DNA from: Eledone cirrhosa
Lineage: Eukaryota
Direction of reading: 5' to 3'
NCBI GenBank assembly: GCA_964016885.1
Contig: OZ024741.1
Location: 275,838,001-275,902,000 of the forward strand
DNA length: 64,000 bases
This document shows, piece by piece, positions 51,313 through 64,000 of the stretch. The first letter of the stretch is position 1. Each line of letters starts with the position of its first letter. The translations under genes were made by a program, and so were the position numbers. Below the pieces are notes generated by a model that was not told the DNA's origin, made no database searches, and worked only from the letters and a program-made list of their open reading frames with translations.

Positions 51313-51678
51313 TCATCATCATCATCATTTTACGTCCGGTTTTCCCTGCTTGCAAGGGTGGGACGGAAACTGATTCTGGCTTGATTTCTACAGCTGGATG
51401 CCCTTCCTAACACCAACCTCATTTTTACAGTGAGTGCTGGGTGCTTTTTTTCCATGGCGCCTACACGCCCACATTACAGTGTGGGCTGGGTGCTTTTTTG
51501 CTGTGGCACCTCCACGACCATTTTGCAGTGGAATGACAGGGACCCCAGTTGCTATCATATCATTTCTACAGCTGAGTAAACTGGAGCAATGTGAAATAAA
51601 GTGTCTTGCTCAAGGAAACAACACATCACCCGGTCTGAGAATTGAACTCACAACCTTTCGATAAGCCATGTGCCTCCA
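51313..51678 (-). mobile_element. SINE family B with extra 48-bp unit and head deletion
   Basis: Reverse complement of 52088-52430 with (CAT)n tail. Confidence 0.85.
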
Positions 51679-51819
51679 TATATATATATACACACACATA
51701 CATACATAATATACATATATGTATATATATATGTATTCATATATATATATGAAAACAGGGAGAAAGAGACGATTATGAGGAAGAAAAAAAAAATATATAT
51801 ATATATATATATAATTATC

Positions 51820-52060
51820 ATCATCCTCATCATCATCATCGTTTAACGTCTCTCTTCCACGCTAGCATGGGTTAGACGGGAATTGTCCCATTTGAGGCAA
51901 GATTGGTCGGGTGACTGTGTCTCGTTCGTATAGGACTATCTGGCAGGTTTTCTATGGCTGGATGCCCTTCCTAACACCAACCACATTTACAATGTGGACT
52001 GGGAGTTTTTACCATGTTACCTACATGACTGCATTACAGCGTGGACTGTTTTTTTTGTTG
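51820..52060 (-). mobile_element. RTE family A-like 3' UTR fragment
   Basis: (CAT)n GTTTAACGTC...GGATGCCCTTCCTAACACCAACCACATTTACA. Confidence 0.75.
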
Positions 52061-52087
52061 TTTTTTCCCTTTTTATATATGTATATA

Positions 52088-52433
52088 TGGAGGCACATGG
52101 CTTAGTGGTTAGAGCATTGGCCTTGCAATTGAAAGGTTGTGAGTTCAATTCTCGGACCGGCTGATGTGTTGTTTCCTTGAGCAAGAGACTTTATTTCACA
52201 TTGCTCCAGTTTACTCAGCTGTAGAAATGAGATGATAGGGACTAGGGTCCATATCATTCCACTGTAAAGTGGTCGTGGAGGTGCCACGGCAAAAAAGCAC
52301 CCAGCCCTCACTGTAAATGAGGTTGGTGTTAGGAAGGGCATCCAGCTGTAGAAATCAAGCCAGTATCAGTTCCCGTCCCACCCTTGCAAGCAGGGAAAAG
52401 CGGACGTAAAATGATAGTAAAATGAAAATGATG
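52088..52433 (+). mobile_element. Full-length SINE family B (tRNA head, CORE-like body, RTE tail)
   Basis: A-box TGGCTTAGTGG, B-box GAGTTCAATTC, tail GTCCCACCCTTGCAAGCAGGGAAAAGCGGACGTAAAATGAT. Confidence 0.88.
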
Positions 52434-52886
52434 ATATATATATATATATGTGTGTGTGTATATACATATATATATTTCCACTTATATATATATAAGAAGA
52501 AATACTAGTAACTTTGGTAACCTCCATATGTATTACATATTACATGTATTACTTCACACACTGATATATGCACCCACACCCCCTTATCCCTCCTCCCCTC
52601 CCCACACACTGATCAAATCTATAAATACATATTTATTTCCCTTTGCTGCTATATTTAATCTGGTGGCAATAGATATTAGTCCAGGGCGGATGGCAATTGA
52701 TAGAGAAGGATTATCCCTTAAAACCGATTATCTCTGCTGTTATTTATAAACTGGTCACTGCTGATTATTACGATTATTTTTACATTGATTTATATAACAT
52801 TTATCGCTTATTTTGTGTTTTTTTTTGTTTTGTTTTCATTTTTGTTTTGTTTTTGATTTGTATATTTAGTTCCGCCCCAGGAGTTT

Positions 52887-52952
<66 letters not shown>

Positions 52953-53144
52953 GTATATGTATATATGTAACTGATTGTGTTGTTATTTCTGTTTACCTTT
53001 TACATATATATATACAGTATATATATGTGTGTGTGTAGGGATGTATACATACACATACTTCCTAAAACTGTGTTTCTTTAGAAATACAACATTTTTATAC
53101 ATATTTGTATAACACTATCCTATTTATATATATATACATAAATA

Positions 53145-54902
53145 AGAGACTGATGAATGTGGAGAACGGATGGGAGAGAGAGAAATTACCCTCAGTAGAT
53201 CTGACAGAGGGACCAGCTATTGAGATTGACGAATATAGGGTCCAAGAGCCGATTAAGGAAATGAAAAATGGTAAGGCTGCTGGACCGTCGGGGATAGTTG
53301 CTGAGAGTTGCTGAAGGCATCAGGGGACATAGGCACTAAACTGGTTGCACGCATCATCAATCAGGCTATATATGGAGGTGTCATACCCAAAGACTGGTGC
53401 AGCAGTATTCTCATAAATTGCTACAAAGGTAAAGGGGATGCTCTGGAGAGGAGCAATTATAGGGGTATAAAGCTGATGGATCAGGTTATGAAAGTGGCAG
53501 AAAGGATATTAGCACAACTAATTAAAGAAAGAGTCAAACTAGATGAGATGCAGTTTGATTTTGTGCCTGGGAAAAGTACAAGAGATGTCCTCTTTTTGGT
53601 GAGACAATTACAAGAGAGGTTCTTAGAGAAGAATAAGCCACTATACTTAGCCTTTGTTGACCTAGAGAAGGCCTTTGATAGGGTACCCCGATCTGTCATC
53701 TGGTGGTCCCTAAGGAAACTAGGTGTTGAGGAATGGCTTGTGAGAACAGTACAAACTTTGTACAGAGGTGCTGTCAGTAAAGTCAGGGTAGGAATGGAGT
53801 TTAGTGAGGAATTCCAGATACAAGTAGGAGTACATCCAGGTTTGGTCCTCAGCCAGCTCTTGTTCATTATAGTCCTCCAAGCCATAACAGAGGAGTTTAA
53901 GACTGGCTGTCCATGGAAACTTCTCCATGCTGACGATCTGGTTCTTATAGCAGAATCAGTAGAGGAGCTAGAGAATAAATTCTGGCTATGGAAACAGCAG
54001 TTGGAAGCAAGAGGACTGAGAGTGAACCTAGCTAAGACAAAAGTGTTGATGAGTAGAAAAGAGGACAAAACTCTGATTCCGTCAGGGAAATGGCTATGTT
54101 CGATATGCAGAAAAGGAACTGGCATAAATTCTATAAAATGCACACAATGCAGATCTTGCGTACACAAGAGATGTAGTGGGATAGCAGGCAAACTAACAGG
54201 TAGGGAGAAATACGTATGCAGTAGATGTACAGGGAAATTAGACAATAGAAGTCGCATTGATAGACACATTTTTCAAATGCAGGCGGGTGCTATAGAAGTG
54301 GTGGATAGCTTCCGGTACCTAGGAGATCAGATTAGCATGGGAGGGGGGTGTTCCGAGGCCATAGTATCTAGAATAAGGATGGGTTGGAAGAAGTTTAGGG
54401 AGCTGCTTCCTCTGCTGACGAAGAAGGGTTTCTCCCTGCATACGAAAGGCCGGTTATATGATGCCTGTGTGAGGAGCACGATGCTGCATGGTAGTGAGAC
54501 ATGGGCAGCAACTGCAGAGGATATGCGACGGCTGGAGAGAAATGAGTCAAGCATGTTCCATTGGATGTGCAATGTCAATGTGTGTGAACGACCCAGCATG
54601 AATGTGTTGAGAGAGAAACTGTCTGAGAGGGATAGAATGTAGTGTGCGAGAGAGGAGACTGCGATGGTATGGACATGTGATGTGCATGGAGGATGACCGA
54701 TGGGTGAAGAAGTGCCAGGAAATGCCAGTTGAAGGAAGATGTGGTAGAGGTAGATCACGAAAAACATGGGCGGAGGTGGTGAGAACAGACCTCAGATCAC
54801 TGAAGCTCATGGTGGAGATGACAAAGGACCGTGACAAGTGGAGAGATGCTGTGCTGAAGAAGACCTGTCCCACCCTTGCAAGCAGGGAAAAGCAGATGTA
54901 AA

Positions 54903-54936
<34 letters not shown>
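53145..54936 (+). mobile_element. 5'-truncated RTE family B LINE
   Basis: RT ORF 53308-54642 (DLEKAFD, LHADD, Cys/His finger), frameshifts near 53308 and 54622, very short 3' UTR and (GAT)n tail. Confidence 0.93.
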
Positions 54937-54937
<1 letters not shown>

Positions 54938-55549
54938 ATATATATATGTCGTATGGTTGCTAGGATGCGTCCATAGGCGGTATGCCGGTGGAGCACTCTG
55001 TGCTCCTTTGGAACAGAGTATGATGATATGGAAAACGAAGAATCAGTGATGCATTGGAACACAATTTATTACATATTACAATTGTTTCTCCGGTGAACAA
55101 CTTGAGGTGCGATCTGTTTTGGGATCAAACCTGACTCGGGATCTACCAACTCATAATATCATAATATATGATATTATAATATTATAAAATCAAAATTTAT
55201 AAAATTAAATTATTTAGAACTCCAAGTGAAGTCATTCTTTTCCTTTTTTTTCAAATATATAGGAATTTTGGTAAAGTTTATATGCATTTTTTCTTCTAAC
55301 TTTTATTTTAGACTGAGCTCCATTTAGTGATTATTTGTCTAGTTAATTTCTATGGGCTAAGAGGAAAGACTAGATAAATTTTATCTGACTGTTCCTCACG
55401 GAAAATAGTCTGTATCGTTTGTCTATTATTTCTTCGAAGTTACATTTTAAACTTATAGCTCCGTTTAAATGATTATTTATCTAGTTGATTTCTACAGACT
55501 AGGGTGAAGAAAGACGATATATTTTATCTAATAATTCTTCAAACTTGCA

Positions 55550-55579
<30 letters not shown>

Positions 55580-55581
<2 letters not shown>

Positions 55582-55850
55582 AGCAGAAGGGATATTCAAT
55601 TTGTTGATAATTCAACAAATATAAATGTTTATAACTGATTCAGAGCACTCAACAGATTTTCTGGAATATAATATACAATGATATTATATAAATGGAAACT
55701 ATATTTATAAAACCATATTTATTCTATTATATATATTTCAAGGGTACCAAAAATTTTGGTACGCTATCATGAGATAAAATACAAAGTGTGTTTTATAAAT
55801 TTTGACATAACCAAGGATAATATACCTTAACGGTTCAATATACAACTGAA
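55580..55850 (-). mobile_element. TA-stem III hammerhead repeat family copy, core mutated
   Basis: Similar to 42050-42230 and 60240-60400; core reads CTCATGA. Confidence 0.65.
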
Positions 55851-55894
55851 CTCACACTTATCTCTGCTCCTTTACACATACATATCAACATGCA

Positions 55895-56620
55895 AACTAA
55901 AATGCATGAACACACACACATACATAGATGCATACAAACACCACATACACACTAACATTCACATATTCATAAACACATACATATACAGACAGACACATGC
56001 CAACACACATAAACACATACAAACAAACACACACACAAACAAACACACACAAACACAAACACATGCACACACACACATGCCAAAATACACAAACACAAAC
56101 ACGTGCACACACATAAACACACACATACACAGATGATCACATGCCAACACACACAAACACATAAACCTGCAAACATATACATAGAAACACACAAGCATAT
56201 AAACACACACACATGCATACACACACACATATTCATACACATGCCAACACACACATACATATACACTCACATGCCAACACACACATACATGTACACACAC
56301 ATGCCCACACGCACATACATATACACTCACATGCCAAACACACATACATATACACACACATGCCAACACACATACATTACACACACATGCCAACACACAC
56401 CTACATATACACTCACATGCCAACACACACATACATATACACACATGCTAACACACACCTACATATACACTCACATGCCAACACACACATACATATACAC
56501 ACACATGCCAAGACACACATACATATACACACACATGCCAACACACACATGCCAACACACACATGCACAAACACATACAACCACACACATGCACATACAC
56601 ACACATATACACACACACAT

Positions 56621-56653
<33 letters not shown>

Positions 56654-56655
56654 GA
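55895..56655. repeat. CA-rich cryptic microsatellite with ACATGCCAACAC subunits
   Basis: Direct inspection; source of many HT/CV low-complexity ORFs. Confidence 0.9.
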
Positions 56656-56779
56656 TAAGTGTTGCTGCCAGCTACAAGTCACTACATTTTGACAGGATGT
56701 TCTAATGCTATTTGTTGCACCAGTTGCACTATAATGCATCGCATACATTATACTTTTATCTATGTAATTATGTATAGAT

Positions 56780-57440
56780 CTATCATCATCATCATCATCA
56801 TCATTGTTTTAATGTTTGCTTTCCCTGCCAGCAAGGGTTGGATGGGTCTACAAAGACCAAGTCAGTACTGAAGTGGAGTTAATTATCTCACAGACAGGTC
56901 AGTGAGGTGGGGGTCTGCATCACGCTTATGTATGATCCTACATTTTATCGAGTGCTCTGGAGAGGTTGTCATGTCCTTGATACATCTGAGGGGTCCCCCC
57001 AGGCCTTTGTTTAGCCAGATTTATATAGCTGGATGCCTTTCCTACCACCAACCACTTTACAGCATGTACTGGGTGTGTTTAACATATAGATCATAAAACA
57101 CTAGGAAAGTTATGTCCTTGATATGACTGAAGGGTCTTCCCAGCCCTTTGTCTGGCAAGCTTTCTATGGCTGGATCCTCTTCCTATCACCAATCACTTTA
57201 CAGCCTATACTGGGCTGTTTATCGTGTAAATCACCAACACAAGGGAGGTTGTCTTGTCCTTGATATGACTGTGGGTTCCTCCCAGTTCCTTGTTTCGCAA
57301 GCTTTCTATGACTGGATGCCCTTCTTATCACCAATCCCTTTACAGCATGTACTGGGTGTGTTTATCATCAGACACTAGGGAGGTTGTCATGTCCTTTGTT
57401 TGGCAAGCCCTCCATGGCCCTTCCCCTCACCAACCACTTC
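56780..57440 (-). repeat. About 3.5 tandem units of about 140 bp derived from an RTE/SINE tail
   Basis: GGAGGTTGTCATGTCCTTGATA...GCTGGATGCC...CACCAACCACTTTACAGC repeated; (CAT)n tail at 56781. Confidence 0.7.
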
Positions 57441-57671
57441 TCACAAAGGGCAACAGCTAGGAGTGTGCGTGTCGGGGGGGGGGGGGGGGGGCATGGGTGT
57501 GTGTTTGATGAAGATTGTGTAGTGATGTTGAGAATAGCTGTTAGCAAGTATTAGCGGAAGTGGGGGACATGAGGGTAGGTCAGACCCCATTGTATGCTAC
57601 AGGTCAGGTCCTTCAGCAATGTTAGTTTGGTTTTTGTGTGTCTCTGTATGCCTTCATTTTGTCCTTAATTA

Positions 57672-57850
57672 ATTGATTCTACTTTTGGCACAAGGCCAGC
57701 AATTACTCAGTACATTACTGGTACTTTATTTTATCGACCCCTTAAGGATGAAAAGCAAAGTTAACCTTGACAGGATTTGAACTCAGACCGTAAAGGGACG
57801 TAACTATGCTGGAAAGCATGGCATCCGATCCTCTACCGATACTGCCAATT
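57672..57850 (-). mobile_element. SINE family A with TSD-like flanks
   Basis: Matches 8121-8307; ATTTTGTCCTTAATTAAT on both sides (57656 and 57848). Confidence 0.85.
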
Positions 57851-57970
57851 TTGTCCTTAATTAATGATGTTGTTGCTATTCCACTCATGTTTTCTGTTTA
57901 ATTTTGGTTGGAGTTTGTTTATGTTTGTTGCCTCTGTAATTTGCCTGAGCATTGCATCTTTTCTGTTCCC

Positions 57971-59905
57971 TCAGGTATGATTGCCCAAGGGGTTGTACCC
58001 TTTAAGGGTAAGAAGCCCATCATCACGGTACAATCCACCACCGAATGCAGGAAACATATCAGTGAGTTTGGCTATTAGGAATAATCCTATAAGATCTGTG
58101 ACCTCCGCCGAATCCGTGGACCCCATGCTGACGTCGAAGGGTGAGTCGGGAGCTCTTTTTATCCATTTAGAGTCGTCAAAGAGTAAGACTGTCTTCCTGG
58201 CATGGAGGATGATTTTTCTTTCCGAGTCGGTGATGGGCACAAGTGTTTCGGCGAAGTCCAAGGCGGCAGTAAGTAATGGTAAGGTGACTGAAGCATAGTA
58301 GCTCTCTATGTCGAACTGTATGAATTTAGTGTCTCGTTTCACTACACTTTCGGGCCACATATGGGACCTCAAGGACAACAACATCACCTATGATCTCACT
58401 TGGAGATTACTGTCCAGAGCCAATTCTTACACGAGAGGACGCCGTCCGTGCAATTTATGCTCGGAGGAAACTTTACAAATGCTGTTTTCGACGGACCAAC
58501 TCCTAAACAAGAAAGATGAACTGGTTACTGCATGTAAACATAGATTGCGTAGGACTTACCTCGCCCTCAAACCCCATAATGACCCGGGGGGGGGGGGGGG
58601 GTAGACTAGGGCTATAACACCCCACTTGCCGATTTTGCAATGGGTAACCCCTGCTTGCCAAGGGAGACGTAAGATCTTCTTTTTATTCTTTTATCGTTTC
58701 CTTTATTTCCTTCTTCCCCCCATCCCTCCTTAGTCCTTCTACCCCAGTTCTTCTTCTTTGTCGGCGTCTTTTCTCGCCCACCCGAGGTTGCCCTTTGGCC
58801 CCTTGTAGCCTCAGTACCCCCACCCCCTCCCCTAGTCTATGATAGATTTGGCGGACTCCGCTTTTTATAGCAGTTGTGTTAGACCTCGGATACTTGCCCC
58901 CTTTTTCCGACCACTCCCACTATTTTCCGTGCCTTCTATATTTCTTAGTGGCACTTATGCCTTATTTTCTCGTTTCAGTATTTCTTTCTCCTCTTTTCTT
59001 TTGGGCGGGGTGGATTCTGAATTTATTTTTCCGTATTCTACCTTTACTTCGTACAAACTTTCATGTAGCTTGTATAAGATCTTTTAGAGTTAGCATTAGT
59101 ATATATTTTTTTCGGGACTCAGAATTATTATCTCGTACTAGTTTACTTTGCTGCACTGGGTGGTTGCTGGCATTGTGCCCGGGATAGAAAACTTTATTAT
59201 TTATTTCGTGGTAGTTTCTTTAGCTTTTTGGCCCCATTTGTTGACCCGTCACCGTATGATTTACATACTTATACCTCTTAAAAGGGTCCTTGCCTATTCC
59301 GTCCCACCTAGTTTATTTACTTATTTCGTTATTTCTTTATTTCTTTCTTTATTTCTTTCTTTCTTTATTTATTTATTTATTTAGCCTAACAATAGCTAGA
59401 GACTTAGGTCGTAGAACTTGCTTTACTTTTTTTCTTTACACTTATTCGCTTTTCATCACTCTCAGTATTTTTTCTTTCATATATATATTTTTACCCCTCA
59501 TTGTTCTACCTACCGTCCCGACTTCCTCCCCCTCCCCCTCCCCAGTATCTTCTTTGACCTCATGCCCAGCTGTAGCTGGCACTACCAACGCATGATTGGG
59601 TCTACTCCACCCCCTCCCTTTTTCTCCTACTGGCAGGTTTAGCCACCATCTCCCCTACTAATTTGCAATCACAGAATTACTACTGACTTTTGACAATCAC
59701 TTTGACCATATATGGAATTACCCCTTGAGAAGCTCGGCTATTTAAATACCAGGTTAAATTTTCATTTAGTCCAGAATTAGCCATCGAAACGGCTTGAGCT
59801 CAGCCGTCGGAGTCTTACTGGTTCCTATTACCCACTCTACTACCCTAAGTATTGAGTACTTTGGTGCGTTATGGTCCACCTGGTTCCTTACCACATTTCC
59901 TTCGT
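57971..59905 (+). mobile_element. Penelope-like element with inverted 5' RT segment
   Basis: RT core on - (FIQFDIESYY, SMGSTDSAE, GLYRDDGL; 57971-58335); endonuclease C-terminus on + (LSGHIWDLK...CNLC...LLNKKDEL...CKH; to 58604); long 3' region and hammerhead-bearing end; terminal 80 bp repeated at 60588-60670. Confidence 0.8.
59720..59813 (+). ncRNA. Type I hammerhead with U3-A8 core and full stem III
   Basis: ACCCC-TTGAGAA-G..GGCTA...TAGCC..C-GAAA-CGGC-TTGAGCTCA-GCCG-TC-GGAGT; GUC cleavage triplet at 59806-59808. Confidence 0.6.
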
Positions 59906-60282
59906 TATATATATATATATATATACACACAGATATCCACGGTAAGTTGTGGGGTCCAGTCTGCATGAAGAACTCAATGTAATCCATATGTTGAAAATGT
60001 TGTAGGTTAAAATAAATCCCAGAAAACAATAAAACATTAAAAGGAAAACAGAGTCATGATATAAGTTAAAACAATGAAATAAAAAATCAAGTCATTAGAA
60101 ATATACTTCACTGCTTTACGATCGTTTCTAGGTGATGATAATACATCGTAACTATACTTTGTTATCGATCTATGTAAGGTTAGTTACAAAATATCAGATA
60201 AAGAAAATATTTACTTACATGCATACATATATATATTCAATGATATTAAATAAATGGAAGCTATATTTATAAAACCATATTT

Positions 60283-60342
60283 ATTCTATTATATATATTT
60301 CAAGGGTACCAAAACTTTGGTACGCCCTCATCAGATAAAATA
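60283..60342 (-). ncRNA. Hammerhead motif (TA-stem III family), intact core
   Basis: TATTTTAT-CTGATGA-GGGCGTACCAAAGTTTTGGTACCCTT-GAAA-TATATA-TA-ATAGAATA. Confidence 0.65.
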
Positions 60343-60687
60343 CAAAGTTTGTTTTATAAATATTGACATATCCAGGAAGAAGATCTTAACGGTTCAAGTT
60401 TTTCCTGGATAGTAAAGGAAAGAAGGGAAAGAGAAGAAAAGTCAAATATTTCAAATTATTAAGATGAGTATGCAAATGAGGTTGAGGTATAGGGCTGAAA
60501 ATCTGTCGAGTGCTTCGAATCAGTTATAAACATTTATATTTGTTGAATTACCAACAAATTGAACATCACTTTTGCTTATATACTTTTTCCTATAACCCAC
60601 TCTACTACCCTAAGTATTGAGTACTCTGGTGCGTTATGGTCCATCTGGTTCCTTACCACAACTCCTTCATTTTATATATATATATAT

Positions 60688-61028
60688 CATCATCATCATC
60701 ATCATTTTACGTCCGCTTTTCCCTGCTTGCAAGGGTGGGACGGGAACTGATTCTGGCTTGATTTCTACAGCTGGATGCCCTTCCTAACACCAACCTCATT
60801 TACAGTGAGTGCTGGTTGCTTTTTTGCTGTGGCACCTCCACGACTACTTTGCAGTGGAATGATAGGGACCCCAGTCCCTATCATCTCATTTCTACAGCTG
60901 AGTAAACTGGAGCAATGTGAAATAAAGTGTCTTGCTCAAGGAAACAACACATCACCCGGTCTGAGAATTGAACTCACAACCTTTCGATTGCAAGGCCAAT
61001 GCTCTAACCACTAAGCCATGCGCCTCCA
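60688..61028 (-). mobile_element. Full-length SINE family B
   Basis: Reverse complement of 52088-52433. Confidence 0.88.
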
Positions 61029-61219
61029 TCAAATATATATAAATGTATATATATAAATGTATATATATAAATGTATATGGGGTGAGAGCGAGAGGTGGGG
61101 AGACTGAATATAAAAAGAGAAAATAAATTTATGACTATAAAGAGTTTAACAATAAACAGATTATATAATATTATGAGGTGGGGTGGGGGTGGAGTGCGGA
61201 AGAGGAAATCAAGAGAGAA

Positions 61220-61605
61220 ACTACCACCACCACCACCACCACTATCACCACCACCACCACCATCATTATCATCATCATCACCACCACCACCACCACCACC
61301 AATTACACCTCCACCACTCATTTTTATCATCATCATCATCATCACCACCACCACCACCACCACCACTATCACCACCACTATCACCATCATTATCATCATC
61401 ATCACCACCACCACCACCACCACCACCACCAATTACACCTCCACCACTCATTTTTATCATCATCATCATCATCACCACCACCACCACCACCATCATCATT
61501 ACCACCATCACCATCACTACCACCTACACTAATAACAACATCACCACCAGCAACAACACCACCAGCAACAAAACCACCACCACCACCACCATAACTACCA
61601 ACAAC
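61220..61605. repeat. (CAC)n/(CAT)n trinucleotide tract with an internal duplication
   Basis: AATTACACCTCCACCACTCATTTTTATC occurs at 61301 and 61431. Confidence 0.9.
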
Positions 61606-61689
61606 GTGATGCTGGCTGGTGAGTATGATTATTAAACTGTTGTTTAAGTAGAGTTCAACAAGATTTCCTCCTGTGTCACTGTTGACTAT

Positions 61690-62305
61690 ATCACAGCTCT
61701 GATATCTAAACAACTACAGCAGCTCTGAGATTTAACCCCTACGTTTCTCACATCTAACCCCTACATTTCCAAGATCTAACCCCTACATTTCTGAGATCTA
61801 ACTCCTACATCTTTCAGATCTAACCCCTACATCTTTCAGATCTAATCCCTATATTTCTGATCTCTAACACCATAACATCTCTGATCTCTAACCCCTTACA
61901 GCTCTTATGTTTTAATAAGCTCAGCTCTGGTATTTAAAAATCTAGAGCTCTGATACCTAGACCCTTACAACTCTCATATCTAAACCCCTATATGTTTTAA
62001 TAATAACACTCCCTGCATGCAGTTCTGATATCAATACAAAACTACAGCAGCTGTGATATCAAGATAATTTCATTTCTGATATTTACACCCCTACAGTTCT
62101 GATATTTAAACCCCTACAGTTCTGTTACCTAGACAACTACAACTACAGTTCTTCTGATATCAGAGATAACTATATCTCTGATATCCAAACCTAATACCAC
62201 TGGGATATTTACCCACCTACATCTCTGCTATTTAAACCGTGTTGAGACAATTACAATTTTGATATCAAGATCCTAACAGTTCTGACAACTAAACCTCTAC
62301 AATTA
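61690..62305. repeat. Degenerate 21-22 bp minisatellite
   Basis: Unit like TTCTGATATCTAAACCCCTACA. Confidence 0.75.
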
Positions 62306-62634
62306 CATGTTTGGAGTCATAAATACTGCATCACTACAACTTTGGTAAGTTAACTCAGAGATTTTTATTTGTTTGCTTAGAGTTTGCTTCTAAAAGTCAA
62401 GCATTTCTTTTATATATATATGTGTGTATGTGTCTATGTGTGTGTTGGGGGTATATGATTGTTAGGTGAAAAGTTTATAGACTGACCAAGATACTCTCAT
62501 GGAATGACCAAATGAGGTTTATTTTTCAACAGTGTCTGGAAAGCAACAATGCAGTTGATAATAAGAAGAGTTGAAATTAATGCATGCAAGATTTCACAGC
62601 TCTAGCATCACTCCTTCATAGCTTATGAATTTTT

Positions 62635-63890
62635 CATAAATACATACATACACATACACACACACACATAAATACATACATACAAATACACACACACATA
62701 AATGCATACACACACACACAGATAAATACATACACACACACACACATAAATGCATACACACACACACATAAATACATACATACATACATACACATACACA
62801 CACACATAAGTACATACACACACATATACATAAATACACCCACATTCACATAAATACACACATACACACAAATACATACACACACACATAAATACATACA
62901 CAAGTTTTGCTGGGTCTGCCTTCTATAGATGTATATGGGCCCACACAAAAGCAGACAGGCAGTAACACTTACACACGCACACACTTACACATGAACACAT
63001 ACATGGAAACATGCATATACATGCAGACATGCACATACAGGCATATGCATATACACATACGCACACCCATAAAAATATATGCACACAAACACACACACAT
63101 GCAAAAATAGGCATACACACACATGCATACCTATACAAGTATATGCATACAAACACACATGCAAACTAACATATAAACAAATACACATACACACAAACAT
63201 GCAAGATTATGCATAAGTACACACACATACACATGCTAACATATACACACTCACACTAACATACAAACATATACACACACATATACAAACATAAATATAT
63301 ATACGCACACACACTCAGCCACACATTCAAATATATGCACACACACACATGCACATGCAAACTTAAGCATACATGTACACAAACATGCACATATATGCAC
63401 ACATACACACACATACAAACATACATACACAGGCACACATGCAACCTAGGCATGCACATATACAAACATACACATACACACACACATACACATACAAACA
63501 TATGCACATACATATATACAGACATACATAAATACATATATGTATGAATACACAACTGTTACACATCTATAAACATAATTCACCCATACACATACACATA
63601 TACACACACATATACACACACATACACACTTACACACACACATACACACACACACATATACACACACATACAAACATACACACACACACACATAATTCCA
63701 CATATAGACACAATAAATGTTACACATCTATAAATATAATTCACACACACACACACATGCACATACACACGCAAATGTATAACAACATACATATAACTAC
63801 ACAATAACCTTTATACACCTATAGATATAATTTATACACACACACATAAATATGTAAAGACATACATAAATACATATATATATACGTAAT
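62635..63890. repeat. CA/TA-rich cryptic microsatellite
   Basis: Direct inspection. Confidence 0.9.
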
Positions 63891-63900
63891 AAGCATTACA

Positions 63901-64000
63901 CATCATCATCATCATCATCATCATCATCATTTTATGTCCGCTTTTCCCTGCTTGCAAGGGTGGGACAGGTTCTATTAAGCACAGCATCTCTCCACTTGTC
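63901..64000 (-). mobile_element. 3' end of an RTE family B LINE running off the window
   Basis: (CAT)n TTTTATGTCCGCTTTTCCCTGCTTGCAAGGGTGGGACAGG...CACAGCATCTCTCCACTTGTC matches 54832-54936 reversed. Confidence 0.85.

Noticed and set aside
53481-54269. Long antisense ORFs over RTE copies (also 7207-7914, 29470-30096)
   Set aside because: Shadows of the RT frame with no independent motif.
55897-56748. Long His/Thr and Cys/Val ORFs (also 44167-45006, 61004-61713, 62594-63807)
   Set aside because: Translations of microsatellites, open in several frames on both strands.
59930-62350. Isolated plus-strand donor-like sites (GTAAGT 59942, GTGAGT 61619, GTAAGT 62345)
   Set aside because: No convincing acceptor or recognisable peptide, so no second gene model can be supported.

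Overview
Eukaryotic, AT-rich, repeat-dominated animal DNA. The SINE/RTE repertoire and microsatellite load suggest an octopus or other cephalopod (inference). The only host gene I can support is TEX261 on the minus strand: five coding exons of 70, 80, 154, 68 and 118 nt between 28591 and 5819, all with GT/AG boundaries and splicing into one frame; the last exon is probably left of the window. Everything else is transposable elements and repeats: a nearly intact Helitron Rep/helicase, non-autonomous Helitrons, a near full-length RTE LINE plus many truncated copies, two tRNA-derived SINE families, a Buster-type hAT, a DD37D mariner, Penelope-like elements, CRE and R4/Dong endonuclease fragments, and several satellites. 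Most unusual: (1) the splice acceptor of TEX261 exon 3 has been amplified into a tandem array of about 18 copies, only the last of which keeps the reading frame; (2) at least five sequence families of hammerhead ribozyme motif, often in head-to-head palindromes, including U3-A8 covariant cores; (3) a composite Helitron with CTAG|TC end-to-start junctions on both strands of an internal palindrome; (4) an RTE copy split at its YADD motif by a 16.8 kb satellite-bounded block; (5) a fold-back inversion that is the only frame-breaking lesion in the long RTE copy. All coordinates and alignments were read by eye; repeat boundaries are approximate.
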